Positions 35,583 to 46,454 of a stretch of 64,000 nucleotides of DNA are shown one piece after another. Below the pieces are notes generated by a model. It was given only the letters and a program-made list of their open reading frames with translations. It did no database searches and was not told the origin of the DNA. The position numbers and the translations under genes are program-made. How positions within the stretch are numbered: the stretch's first letter is position 1; each line of letters begins with the position of its first letter. This DNA comes from Guillardia theta CCMP2712 (taxonomy: Eukaryota > Protista > Cryptophyta), in NCBI RefSeq assembly GCF_000315625.1, contig NW_005434582.1, positions 82,504 through 146,503 of the forward strand, in the 5' to 3' direction.

Positions 35583-35641
35583 GGATGATGAGAGAATGCG
35601 AACAAACACTCCTAGAGTGCGTCGCATGCTTGAGATTCCTC
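35581..35641 (+). promoter_or_regulatory. SECIS element, type II (3' UTR selenocysteine insertion sequence)
   Basis: Helix I GAGGA/TCCTC. Core ATGAG (35588-92) with TGAG (35631-34). Helix II AGAATGCGAAC/GTCGCATGCT. AAA at 35604-06, 12 nt after ATGA. Ministem CACTC-CTA-GAGTG. AA-to-GA spacing 26 nt. Confidence 0.88.
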
Positions 35642-36090
35642 GAGACAGAGTTGTGAATGTGTAATATCGCTGTATCATCATGTAAGCTAGAGAAAGAAAT
35701 GTATGATCTTGTAACAAACAAACATAAAGATAGATTAAATGTTGTGAGATAATGAATGAGAGTACACTGCAGAAGATTTCCAGAATTGCGCATCTTGCTT
35801 TTCACTGCTGGAATGCAGTGCTATTGCCATTATTCCAGTTCTGTCCGAAGATTCAGATTTCACAGACAACAAGGTTTGTATACTTTGAAGATAGAAAAGG
35901 CATGCAGAGGGATTGCAGGATGGGAGGCAAATGAAATCAAACAATAAGAATAAACAGAGAACGAGCAAAAGGAAAGGAAATGAAGGAAACAGCAGCAGGG
36001 GAGAGAGCAACATGCCGTGAGGATGGTTGCAATTGTGTGTGATTGATAAGAGTGATGATAGATATCCAGATGTTTCTTCTTCTCATGCTC

Positions 36091-39000
36091 TCACCTCTCT
36101 AGCCTCGTCACTTCCTTGCCCTCGGACCGAGTCGATGGTGGCGAAGGTTCCCCGGGCTGGCTGACTCTGAGCACCAGCAGCAGCAGCGGAGGAGGAGGAG
36201 GAGGAGGAGGAGGAGGAGGAGGAAGTATCCTCTTTGCTGTTGCTGGAGCCGAAGAGGAAGGAGAGGCCCCAGGCGATCCAGCCTTGCTTCTGCTGCTTCT
36301 GCTCCTCCTCCCGCTCAAGGACTATGAGCGCTGCGTTGGGGGTTAGACCCAGCTCCTTCCTGGTTGACCAGTCAATGGAAGGAGAGAAAGGAGGAAAGAT
36401 TACATGGTCCTGTTGCTATGCTCCTTTCTCGTGAGCTCACGCTTGGGATAGGACTGAGAGGCGATCAGAGGCAAAGCAGGAGGAGGACAGGAGACAGGAA
36501 GGAGAGGAAAGAGATTGTACGAAGAAGATTGAGTTGAGAGGAGGCGAGGAGAGGGAAGAAGTGGAGAGGGAAGGAGAGAAGGAGGAAGATGGCAGGCAAA
36601 CGAGGCAAAGGAAGCAAAGAAGGAAGGAAATAAGGAAAGGGCGCAAAAAGGAGACGACAGGAACAGGAGAGGGGAGGGAAAGGGAGGGGAGGGGAGGAGG
36701 AGAGGAGAGGAGAGAGGAAAGGACGGGAGGAGCACCTGTACAAAGATCAACTTCTTCTTGTCTGCCTCCACACTACCCGGCAGGTCCTGGACGAAATCGA
36801 AGGCTCCTCCCAGCACTTCATCTGACAACAGCTGAGCGACTTGCTAACCCCAGCTGGTGCCCACCTGCTTCAAACTCTCGACGGACTGTCGAACCATCGG
36901 CGAAACGAAACAGGAGGACGGCACAGGAGGACGAGGTCTGTCCGGTGCTCTTCTCCTCCGGCACGCTCGCTTGGGAGCTTGGCAAGGTTCAACTAGATGA
37001 GGAGGAGGGGGAGGAGGAGGAGGAGGAGAAAGGAGGAGGAGAAAGGATGAGGAGGAGAAAGGAGGAGGAGGAGACCTGGAGGGTTCGGACAGTTTAGCTT
37101 TCTTGGTTTGATTCTCGTCCCTGCTCGCATCACTGAGATCAGAACAAGATACATCTCCATGCTGGAAGCAGAAGGAGCGGGGCGATGCAGAACACCTGTC
37201 CGCGTCATCTTGATTGTTCTTCTCCCTCATCTCCATCTGCCATGCCTCCCGTCATCTACAGCATCTCCACTCCTCCTCCCGCTCACCTTCTTACTCTCAA
37301 CGCCCACCTCCTTCCTGTACCATGGCGGCGCGCACTCCAGCAAGCACTCGATCATCTGGGGACGAGGACAGGCATGTTCAGCAAGCATCCTCATCATCTA
37401 CTTCCTCCCACCATCGTGTCGCCGATCTTGACGTCATGGGTCTCGCACAGAGTCTTCATAATACCTCCATCCTTGTCCACCATCTGCAGCTCGTCTCAAT
37501 CTTCTTGATATTGTCGCGTCCACAACAGACCTGAATGGTCGGAGTATGATCCACTTGCGTTGCCTGCCTCTCCCCTTCACTCAAGGTCTTCTCCTCCTCC
37601 TCCTCCTCCTCCTCCTCCTCCTCCTCTCCTCCTCCTCCTCTCCCTCTTCCTCCTCCTCCTCCTCCTCCTCCTCGACCACCACCTTCATTCTGCTCTCATC
37701 CTCCTTCGCCTCCTCTCCACCAGCCGCTCCTCCTCCTCACCTTTGCATACTTCCCTCCCTCGCTGGTGTCGACATTCAGTCGTACTGCGACTACACACCT
37801 GCACCATCACCATATTCAGCGCCATGTCGTCGCAGCATGTCGATCAGGAGAGTCTTGCTTCACCTTTCCATGATCTTGACGATGTCCTGGTTGCTCCACA
37901 GAGTCTCCTCCATGCGCTCTACAGCCTCGTCGTCGAAGTCGCCATGGAGCAGAGCAAGAACAATCTTGTCCTCCTGCATCACGTACATCACCCTGTCGTC
38001 TGACCCGCTCGCTCTGACCTGGCCTGCGCACTCGAGCGCCTCGCTGAGACTATCTTTGAAGGAGATGGCGGACATCTGGCAACAGCATCAGCATGCGAGG
38101 CAGAAAACGAGCGAATACGAGCATGCCGGGGGAGAGGAAGGAAGCCTCGCTCGTTCGCTGGTTCCTTCCCCTCCCTCGGCATGCTCGTATTGGCTCGTTT
38201 TCNNNNNNNNNNNNNNNNNNNNNNNNNNNNNNNNNNNNNNNNNNNNNNNNNNNNNNNNNNNNNNNNNNNNNNNNNNNNNNNNNNNNNNNNNNNNNNNNNN
38301 NNACCACTCACCTCCTCCTCCTCCTTCTCCTCCTCCTTCTCCTCCTCCTCCTCCTCCTCCTCCTCCTCCTCCTCCTCCTCCTCCTCCTCCTCATCCTCAT
38401 CCTCATCCTCATCCTCATCATCATCATCATCATCCTCCTCCTCCTCCTCCTCCTCCTTCTCCCTTCTGATCTCCTATGTAGGAGCCAGGAACCGAGGAGA
38501 ATCCACTTCCGTCGGACCTCGGCGAGTCTCCAGCGCTCCTCTCATGTAGTTTGGGGATGACAGAGGAGGTCGTTGGCGTGCAGGGCCAGGAATCAACGGC
38601 TCGTTCTTCGATCCCATCGCCTTCAACATCCGGGAGGTGAGAAGGAGCACCTGTACGGAAGAGATGGGAGGGGAAGGAGGTAGAGGAAGGAAGGAGCAGG
38701 GGGGAACAGGAGGAGGGGAGTAGGGAGGGGAGGAAAGGGTGGGTTGGGGAAGAGAGGAGAGGAGAGGAGAGGAGAGGAGGGGGGGCAGGGGAGAGGGGAA
38801 GAGAGGAGAAGAGAGGAGAGCAATACTTGTGAAGGTCTTGTTGTGAGATGGTTGCCGGCAGTTTGGGCATGCAGACGGAGGGAGGGCGATCAAAGATCTC
38901 GACGAAGAGACTCTACGAGAGCTGCGGGAGGATGCGATCAAGTGCCCTCCCGAGTTTGCATCTGACGTGAGAAGATCGTCAATGCCGAAGATGTTCTTGT

Positions 39001-39380
39001 GGCGAGGGCGAGTGTTGACGCTGATTGCAGTTTTACTTCGGCCTTGACAAGCTTGAAGATCATCAGGTTGGAACAGTTGGAGTTTGATGTGATGTGATGT
39101 GATGTGATGTGACGGTGAGCTGCTCCTAGAGGGCGATGTTGAAGCCAAAGTCAAAGTTCGATGTCGAGCCTCAACAGTCAAAGAAGGTGCGAGGGCGAGG
39201 AGGAAGAGGCTCGTCTGATGGAGGGTCGAAAGGTCAAGCGCTCTGCAAGCGGAGAAGACTGGCGTGTGGATTTCTTCAAGGTAGTTTGCGATGGGTCAAA
39301 CTCGTTGGTTATGGATCTTGATCATTTCTACTGATGGCGTTCATGACTGTCAGCTATGGTTGTGATTTTTTGGTTTTCGT

Positions 39381-39450
<70 letters not shown>

Positions 39451-39463
39451 AATGGTGATGATA

Positions 39464-39512
<49 letters not shown>

Positions 39513-40420
39513 GGAGGAGGAGGAGGAGGAGGAGGAGGATGACAATGTTCATGACTATGTTCTCTTCTTGAATCTACTTCTCTCCAACCTTCACAATTTT
39601 GATACAATTTTGACACATTTGAGTCAGAATTCTGCACAATCCTCCCGCTCTCGTGATAGTGGAATGGACGCGAGAGCTCGGGCAGAACAGGTAAGATGAT
39701 GACGCAAAACGATCGTCATCATCATCATCATCATCATCATCATTAGCGTAGTCTCCATCATCATCATCATCATCATCAGCATCAGCATCAGCGTCATCAT
39801 CGTCAGCATCACCACCACCGCCGCCGCCGCCGCCGCCGCCACCACCATCCTCACCCTCACTCGCTTTCTCATCATTATCATCTCCACCGCTACCATCAAT
39901 CTGATCAATTTTCTTAGCGCATGTTAGAAGAAGCCATCGCAGAGTCTGCACGACTAGCAGAGAAGTGAGTTGTGATCTTGATAAGGAAAGGTGGTTCATA
40001 CGGAGTGTCATGAGCAGGAAGAAGAAGAAAGGCGATCAACAAGAGCAAGTTGAAAAAGGAGAGCACGACGAAGAGATGCAAGAGATGGAAGTAAGCATTC
40101 AGTTGTCTCTTTCTTTGGATCTTTGTCTTGTGCTTCGTCTCAGGAAGATCTCTTATTTCATCGCTGTTTGCTTCTCCGCTGCTCGTCCTTTCCTTGACTT
40201 CTCCGCAAGTCTGCAGATCAACCTAACGGTCAATCCGATATGAATGATCAAGATCAGCCAGAGTTTTCAGCGGGATAATAGAAGATCCGTCGCTTTTCCA
40301 TGGTTTATTTCTTGGAGACAATGATCGAAATGCTACCATCATGTCGAAAAAACCACTTGTGATGTCTATCAGTCTTGTCCCTGTTAATCTTTCTTGCTCC
40401 CACATCGTGGAGAACTGACA
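36091..40420 (-). CDS. Probable multi-exon hypothetical gene; boundaries approximate
   Basis: Protein-like open segments on the minus strand (for example 37860-38075, 36740-36830, 40223-40410) separated by repeat-rich introns. Confidence 0.35.
38103..38202. repeat. Inverted repeat with 41-bp arms (3 mismatches) and an 18-nt loop, abutting a gap
   Basis: 38103-38143 is the reverse complement of 38162-38202. Confidence 0.9.
38203..38302. other. Assembly gap (100 N)
   Basis: N run. Confidence 1.
39380..39540. repeat. (GAT)n(GAG)n microsatellite
   Basis: Seen directly. Confidence 0.95.
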
Positions 40421-40589
40421 AACAGGAATCAATGAATTTTGTGATTCATTCCCTCCTCGTGTTCCACTTCCTTCATCAGATTCCATTTCACTCCGCTTCC
40501 CTTTGGTTTTCCTCCCTCCCTCCCTCCCTCCCTCCCTCCCTGCCCTCCCTCCCTCCCTCCCTCCCTCCCTCCCCTCCCTCCCTCCCTCC

Positions 40590-40689
40590 NNNNNNNNNNN
40601 NNNNNNNNNNNNNNNNNNNNNNNNNNNNNNNNNNNNNNNNNNNNNNNNNNNNNNNNNNNNNNNNNNNNNNNNNNNNNNNNNNNNNNNNN
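40590..40689. other. Assembly gap (100 N) within (CCCT)n
   Basis: N run. Confidence 1.
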
Positions 40690-40862
40690 TCCCTCCCTCC
40701 CTCCCTCCCTCCCTCCCTCCCTCCTCCTCTCCCTGCCTGCCTGCCTGCCTTCCTTCCTGCCTGCCATCAGCTCTCTGCGCTCCTCCTCTCTCATCGTCTC
40801 CATCCCTCCCCTTCTCTCTCATCATCTCCATCCCTCCCATTCTCTCTCATCATCTCCATCAC

Positions 40863-41952
40863 TCACTCTGGATCATACGTGTACCGATGCATCATGATAT
40901 GCAGCTCGTCTTGAACATCATCGTCATACTTGCAACACTCATCATTTCATGTCACCATCATCCATCCCGCACTTGTCAAACTCCGTCTCCTTGTACTGAT
41001 GAACGCGGAAACCTGTTTGCTTGTCCCCATGAGAACTCTCGACATGCTCGCAACAGCAACACACCTCCAGCATCGGCGAGATGGGCCAGGAACCTTACAA
41101 GACACGTTCAACACCTTGGAAGCAGTGAAGTTGTAAAGACAATCTCATCTCACATGAAGGAGAAGGGTCTGTTCATGAAGATGGAGTAGACGATCACCTG
41201 GACACGGCACATCTCACAACTAGACAACCAATCACAACAGCAAGTTAACATCTCTATGGCAGAATCTCTGCAGCGTCCACAACAACTCCTCGTGTACTTC
41301 AGGGATACTGAACACTTCCGCTAAGATCACAATGTCAAACTTCACATCTCCCGCTCTTGACAGCGGAGACTGGTCCCAGTACTGCTCTCCCCACCTGGTT
41401 TGATCGTTGTCAGGCCGATGGAACAACAGGAGGCAAAACCTCACGTCAGCTCCTCCACTGAGATCGATCCTCCCTCCACCTTCCTCTCCTCCATGGAGCC
41501 TCCGATGCACTTGACGATGTACTCCCTCCCTCCTGTCTTGACCCCTCGCTCCTCCTCTTCCTTCCACTGCTTGATGTTTGCTCCCAGCACGTCGAGATCC
41601 CCCAGGGAGGTGTTGGTTGCCGTTACCTGCGCCCCCATCTCGTACAGCCCCCATGCCAGGTGCCCCACCCCAGCCCCTAGCTCAAGGATGCGTTTTCCTT
41701 TGATCTCCTCCTTCATATTTGTCCTACCATCCCACCTTGTAATCAGCAAGAGCTCGGCGCCTCCGTCCTCTGACCTGAAGTAGTTGAGCAGCAGGAGCGA
41801 AGCATTCCACACTATCCCCTCTCCTTCGTTGCTGAAGTCTGCGAGCCGGCGAGCCATCTGCCAGCTCAGGGGTGAGCAGGAGCAGGAGCAAGAGCAAGAG
41901 CAAGAGCAAGAGCAAGAGAAGCAGGAGCAGGAGCAGGAGCAGGAGCAAGAGA

Positions 41953-42021
<69 letters not shown>

Positions 42022-42070
42022 TAGCTGAGACAGCAGCTCCCACATCAACAGCTGCTATCCTAACATGCCC
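40863..42070 (-). CDS. METTL21/Methyltransf_16-family SAM-dependent lysine methyltransferase; multi-exon; ends approximate
   Basis: GIVWNASLLL, KGKRILELGAGVG (motif I), ELT|WG, FDIVILAEVF. Probable last exon ...YTYDPE*. Confidence 0.85.
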
Positions 42071-42573
42071 TCCACATCCCCCTGCCCTCCCCTGGCCTCC
42101 TGCAACGATCGCTGTTGCCTCCCTGCTCTCCTCTCGTCCTTTCCTCCTCTCTTCTCCTCCTCTCTTCTCCTCCTCCCCTCCTCTCACTTCCCTTGATTGC
42201 TTCCTCCCCCTTCCATCTGCTCTCAAACCCTCCAGCATTCTCCCCGGCTCCCTCCTGCTCCTCCCTCTCGCCCACTCCCCCTCGCCTGCTCCTGCATTGT
42301 TCGGCCGCATCTCGGAAAACCTTCAAAGGATTTATTTTTTACCCCAGGTCAACAAATGCAGCGGGGAAATGGGGGGAGGGGGAGTTTGTGCAGGGGAAGG
42401 ACATGGCGGGAGGGAGGAGGCGGGCAGGGGGGGGGTAGGAGAGGAGAGAGGAGAGAGGAGAGGAGAGAGGAGAGGAGAGGAGAGAGGACGGCAGCAACTC
42501 ACTTATCAGTATCAGCAGGAGGAATGGCGAGGGCGGGAAGAAGTGAGCTGTAAACCTGGCTGAGTGTTGGAGC

Positions 42574-44396
42574 ATGGCGAGGAGCAGGGGGCGCCTGCTG
42601 TTCGGCATTTCGGTCATGCTGACGATCAGCACCACGTGTGACAGCCATGGCGGGAGCGTCCTGAGCACCATCGTCCACTGCTGGAAGCCGAAGATCGACC
42701 AAGTGTGCGAGCGGGCCATGAGCTTCAGCAGGGCCATCGAGGAGATTGGTGAGGGTCCGACGAGCAGCATGGCACTGAGCAGGGACATGGCGATCGAGCC
42801 GCACGTCAACCACAGCATCATGATGCACATGGAAGCTATCGACATGCACCTCTCCGCCATCGGCGGCTTCCTGTCGGCGCTGAAACAGGGGCCCAGGAGC
42901 CCGACCCAGGCTAGCAGGGGAGGGACGGTAGGGGATCCGTCGGAGGTGCTAGCGGAGGGGATGTGCAGCGCAGCGTTCAAGGGGGACCTGAAAACTATCA
43001 AGATGCTGATACAGAACGGAGCCGATCCCGACGCCTGCGACTACTTCCACCGGACTGCGCTGCACCTTGCGTCGGCTGAAGGTCACGTTGAGATAGTCCG
43101 GTACCTGCTGTCCATCAAGGCGAGGGTGGACTGTGTGGACAAGTGGGGAGGGAGTCCTCTGACAGACGCTGTGCGTGCCGGACACGAGCAGATCCAGAAG
43201 CTCCTGCTCGACGCTGGGGCCGGGAGATCCTCCTCTCAGCCCCGCAACGCTCGTCCTGGGCAGCAGGAGAGTTGGCTGATCCGGAGGGAGGACGTGAGGA
43301 TGGGCAGGAGGCTCGGGGAGGGAGATCAAGGAGTCGTACTGCAGAGCGAGTGGAGGGGGATGCCCGTGGTGACTAAGATCCTCAAGGATGCAGAGAACGT
43401 AGAGCAGCAGCATGGGTTCCTGCACGAGATATCCGTCCTCTCCCGGCTGCGCCACCCCAACCTCGTCCTCTTCCTCGGAGCCTGCCTGGACTGGGACCCC
43501 AAGTTCATCGTCACCGAGTACCTCGAGGGAGGGAGCCTTGAGAGCTTCTTCGAGAGGAAGAGGCTCGAGAACGGCATGCAAGACTGGCAGCCGACCGTCT
43601 CCCAGGTGCTCATATGGGCAACGGACCTCGCCCGGGCTCTGTGCTGCCTCCACCAGCTCTCTCCTCCCGTCATCCACCGAGATCTGAAGCCTAGCAACCT
43701 CCTCCTGACCTCGGAAGGTCACCTCAAGCTCTCCGACTTCGGGCTCAGTCGCGTGCTTGATAAGGGGAAGAGCGGGGGAAACTACAGAATGACTGGAACC
43801 ACGGGCACGATCCGATACATGGCGCCCGAGGTCGTCCGCAGCGACCTCTACAACGAGAAGGCAGACATCTACAGCTACGGTCTCGTCCTCTGGTTCATGT
43901 GCACGGGGGAGCTCCCCCTCCAGGGCTTCGTCCTCGACGAATTCGTTCAGGTAACCCACGCAGCTACTCCTTCTCCTCCTCCTCCTCCTCTTCCTCTTCC
44001 TCTCCCTCTCCCTCTTCTTCCTCGTCCTCCTGGTCCCACTCGTCCTCTTCCTCGTCCTCCTGGTCCCCCTCGTCCTCGTCCTCCACGTCTCATCCTCCCC
44101 TCGTCCTCAAGAGGTCCTCATCTCCAAGCAGGCAGCTCACAGGCAGCTGGCCCTTCAGCCCGACTTGGCTCGTATCGGGTTTAAGCCCTTGGCCGACGTC
44201 ATCGCCATGTGCTGTCAGGCGGACGCTAACAGGAGGCCAACGGTGAGGGGAGGGAGGCGTGTGGGAGGCGTGTAGGAGGCGTGTATGTGCAGCCTGGCTG
44301 AATGACGCACAGGCTGGAGATCTGATTCAAGAGTTGAGCTACATCAGCCCTCCAGCAGACCCCCACAGGAAGGCAACGGACCCGCCGCCGGCATGA
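42574..44396 (+). CDS. Ankyrin-repeat TKL/Raf-like (ILK-type) protein kinase; introns after 43950 and about 44242
   Basis: Ankyrin motifs DYFHRTALHLASAEGH and DKWGGSPLTDA. Kinase motifs LRHPNLVLFLGAC, HRDLKPSN, DFG, MAPE. Last exons ...DANRRPT|AGDLIQEL...PPPA*. Confidence 0.92.
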
Positions 44397-44723
44397 GGCG
44401 TTTGGTTCTCAAAATTCATTGACATAAATAGAAGTATTCATCTCAAGTATCAGCAAGCAGGGTGACATTGTACATATAGGGTAATGAAACATGACTCGAG
44501 TCGTTAACACCGAATATTATGACATATGGTACACACAGATATGAACAGGGGGCGCTCCATGGAGCGAACTGCCGATCCCTCGGCAACGTGTGTTAGCTCC
44601 TCTAGAGTCCAGCTCCTGCAGGGCGGTCGATCAGCGCTGCGCCCCGCTCCAGCGAAACGATCCCCTTACCTTCACCGTTGTCATGGAGAAGCAACTCGGG
44701 CATTTCTTCGATGGAGTCGCTCT

Positions 44724-46454
44724 TCACAAGAACCTGGACGGGAGGAGCTGTGTGTTAGCAGTCTGATCAGACCGACCGATTGTTCTCACCCTTGCCATGA
44801 AGTTTCGGTGATCGCCCTTGGTGGATTCGAGAGTAGCCGGGGTGAGGAGGTCTACAGCCAAGCACGTCTTCCTCGCGATGGCGGGGTCTATCTCCTCTTC
44901 TCTGCTCCTCACGTCCGTCTCAACCTCTTCATCCGCTCCAACATGGATCTCTTGCGTCCCGCAGATCTCGTCCACATAACCGACGATATCAGGAGTGAAG
45001 CATTCATGACAGACGGCGTCCCTAGAACTGATCCTGTGCGCCGGGTTCTTCTGCAGCAGCTTCTCTATCAGATCCTTCACTTGATGGCTGCATTCAAGGC
45101 CCCATGAAGGGTCTGGGAACGGTACAGGATCTTGATTGTGAAGCTCAGCCGGTAAGAACGGGCTAAAGCCGAAGATCATCTCGTATAGTATAATTCCACA
45201 CGCCCATACATCAGTCCCCATCGAAACCTCCAGCGAGTTGATGATGCACTCCGGCGCGATGTAGCCAATGGTTCCCATCGCAGAGGATGCAGCCATCGCA
45301 GAAGATTTGCCCTTGGTGTCGGTTGCGAGCCCAAGATCGATGAGCCAGGCCCGGGAAGTGTCTGTAACCAGTACATTCCTTGGAGACACATCCCTGTGTA
45401 CAAACCCTTGGGAATGCATATGGGCAAGCGCTCTTAGCACCTGAAGGATAACAATGCATGATTCCTTTTCTGCTATAGTTCTCTTGACTTGCATCAGTTC
45501 CTTGAGCTCCTTGCCCGCAACATAGTCTAGTATCATGATGATATTCTGACCATCCTGATAGTAACCATACATCATCGGTATGTTTGGATGCCTGCATCGT
45601 GAGTGAATATCCACTTCACTTTCAACGGAAATTCCATGGCAAGCAAATTCTTCCTTCTTCACACATTTCAAGACAACTTGGTCACCCTCTCGAGGGAGCT
45701 TCCAGATTTTCCTGAAGATGGTCGACCCTTTCCAGTCTCCTTTATTCGTCCTGTTCAGCGCAAGAACCACTTTGGCAAAGGTCCCCTCCCCCAGCTTATC
45801 CAAGACTCTCACACCCGATTGCTTGGGAAGAATTGCTTGCAGACCACAGAGTTCAGGGGACTGTGGGAGCCTTGCATAGTCCATAATGTCCGTGAAGCTA
45901 TGCTGGCGCTTCATTCTGTTGGATCTCTGCCGGCAAGGCCCTGCCTCCTTCGCCTTGAACGGATTGACTGGTCTTACAAACTTGTTGGCTTCAAGCGACA
46001 GGCTCCTGTCAGACCGAGGAACTAGCTCCGGAGTGGGAGCTGAACTGAGATCCTTCGAGAGATCATGGAGGAACTTGTCTTCGATGTCATGGCAGTCAAT
46101 CTCTGAATCATGCGGGATGGGAGCTGGTCCCGTGACATGGTCTGTGTGGGAGGATTCTTCCTGGTCCTCGTTAAGAACCTCAAGGGCATCTTTCCACGAG
46201 TGCCTTGACATGGGAGAGTTCGGGCTATCCACGTACGGACACCGAAAGAGCATCTCCTCCACTCCGTTGTCCAACAGCACAGCCCTCGAAGTGTGAGAGT
46301 TTGCAACTGCATGCCCGCGGTGGAACGTGCCGACAAAGGGTGAGTTAGCCGGCAAGCTCCTACTCTTCTTCACTTCTAGCAGGTCGGTATCATCATGCAA
46401 GCTGTAACGAGACGAACCAGAAATAAGACTGCCTGCCTTCTCCAGCGAGGCCAT
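44724..46454 (-). CDS. Intronless Ser/Thr protein kinase (CAMK/Aurora-like fold), 576 aa
   Basis: LGEGTFAKV, VVLK, HPNI, HRDVSPRN, DLG, GTIGYIAPE, DVWACG. Confidence 0.93.
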   Translation of the reverse strand: MASLEKAGSLISGSSRYSLHDDTDLLEVKKSRSLPANSPFVGTFHRGHAVANSHTSRAVLLDNGVEEMLFRCPYVDSPNSPMSRHSWKDALEVLNEDQEESSHTDHVTGPAPIPHDSEIDCHDIEDKFLHDLSKDLSSAPTPELVPRSDRSLSLEANKFVRPVNPFKAKEAGPCRQRSNRMKRQHSFTDIMDYARLPQSPELCGLQAILPKQSGVRVLDKLGEGTFAKVVLALNRTNKGDWKGSTIFRKIWKLPREGDQVVLKCVKKEEFACHGISVESEVDIHSRCRHPNIPMMYGYYQDGQNIIMILDYVAGKELKELMQVKRTIAEKESCIVILQVLRALAHMHSQGFVHRDVSPRNVLVTDTSRAWLIDLGLATDTKGKSSAMAASSAMGTIGYIAPECIINSLEVSMGTDVWACGIILYEMIFGFSPFLPAELHNQDPVPFPDPSWGLECSHQVKDLIEKLLQKNPAHRISSRDAVCHECFTPDIVGYVDEICGTQEIHVGADEEVETDVRSREEEIDPAIARKTCLAVDLLTPATLESTKGDHRNFMARVRTIGRSDQTANTQLLPSRFL

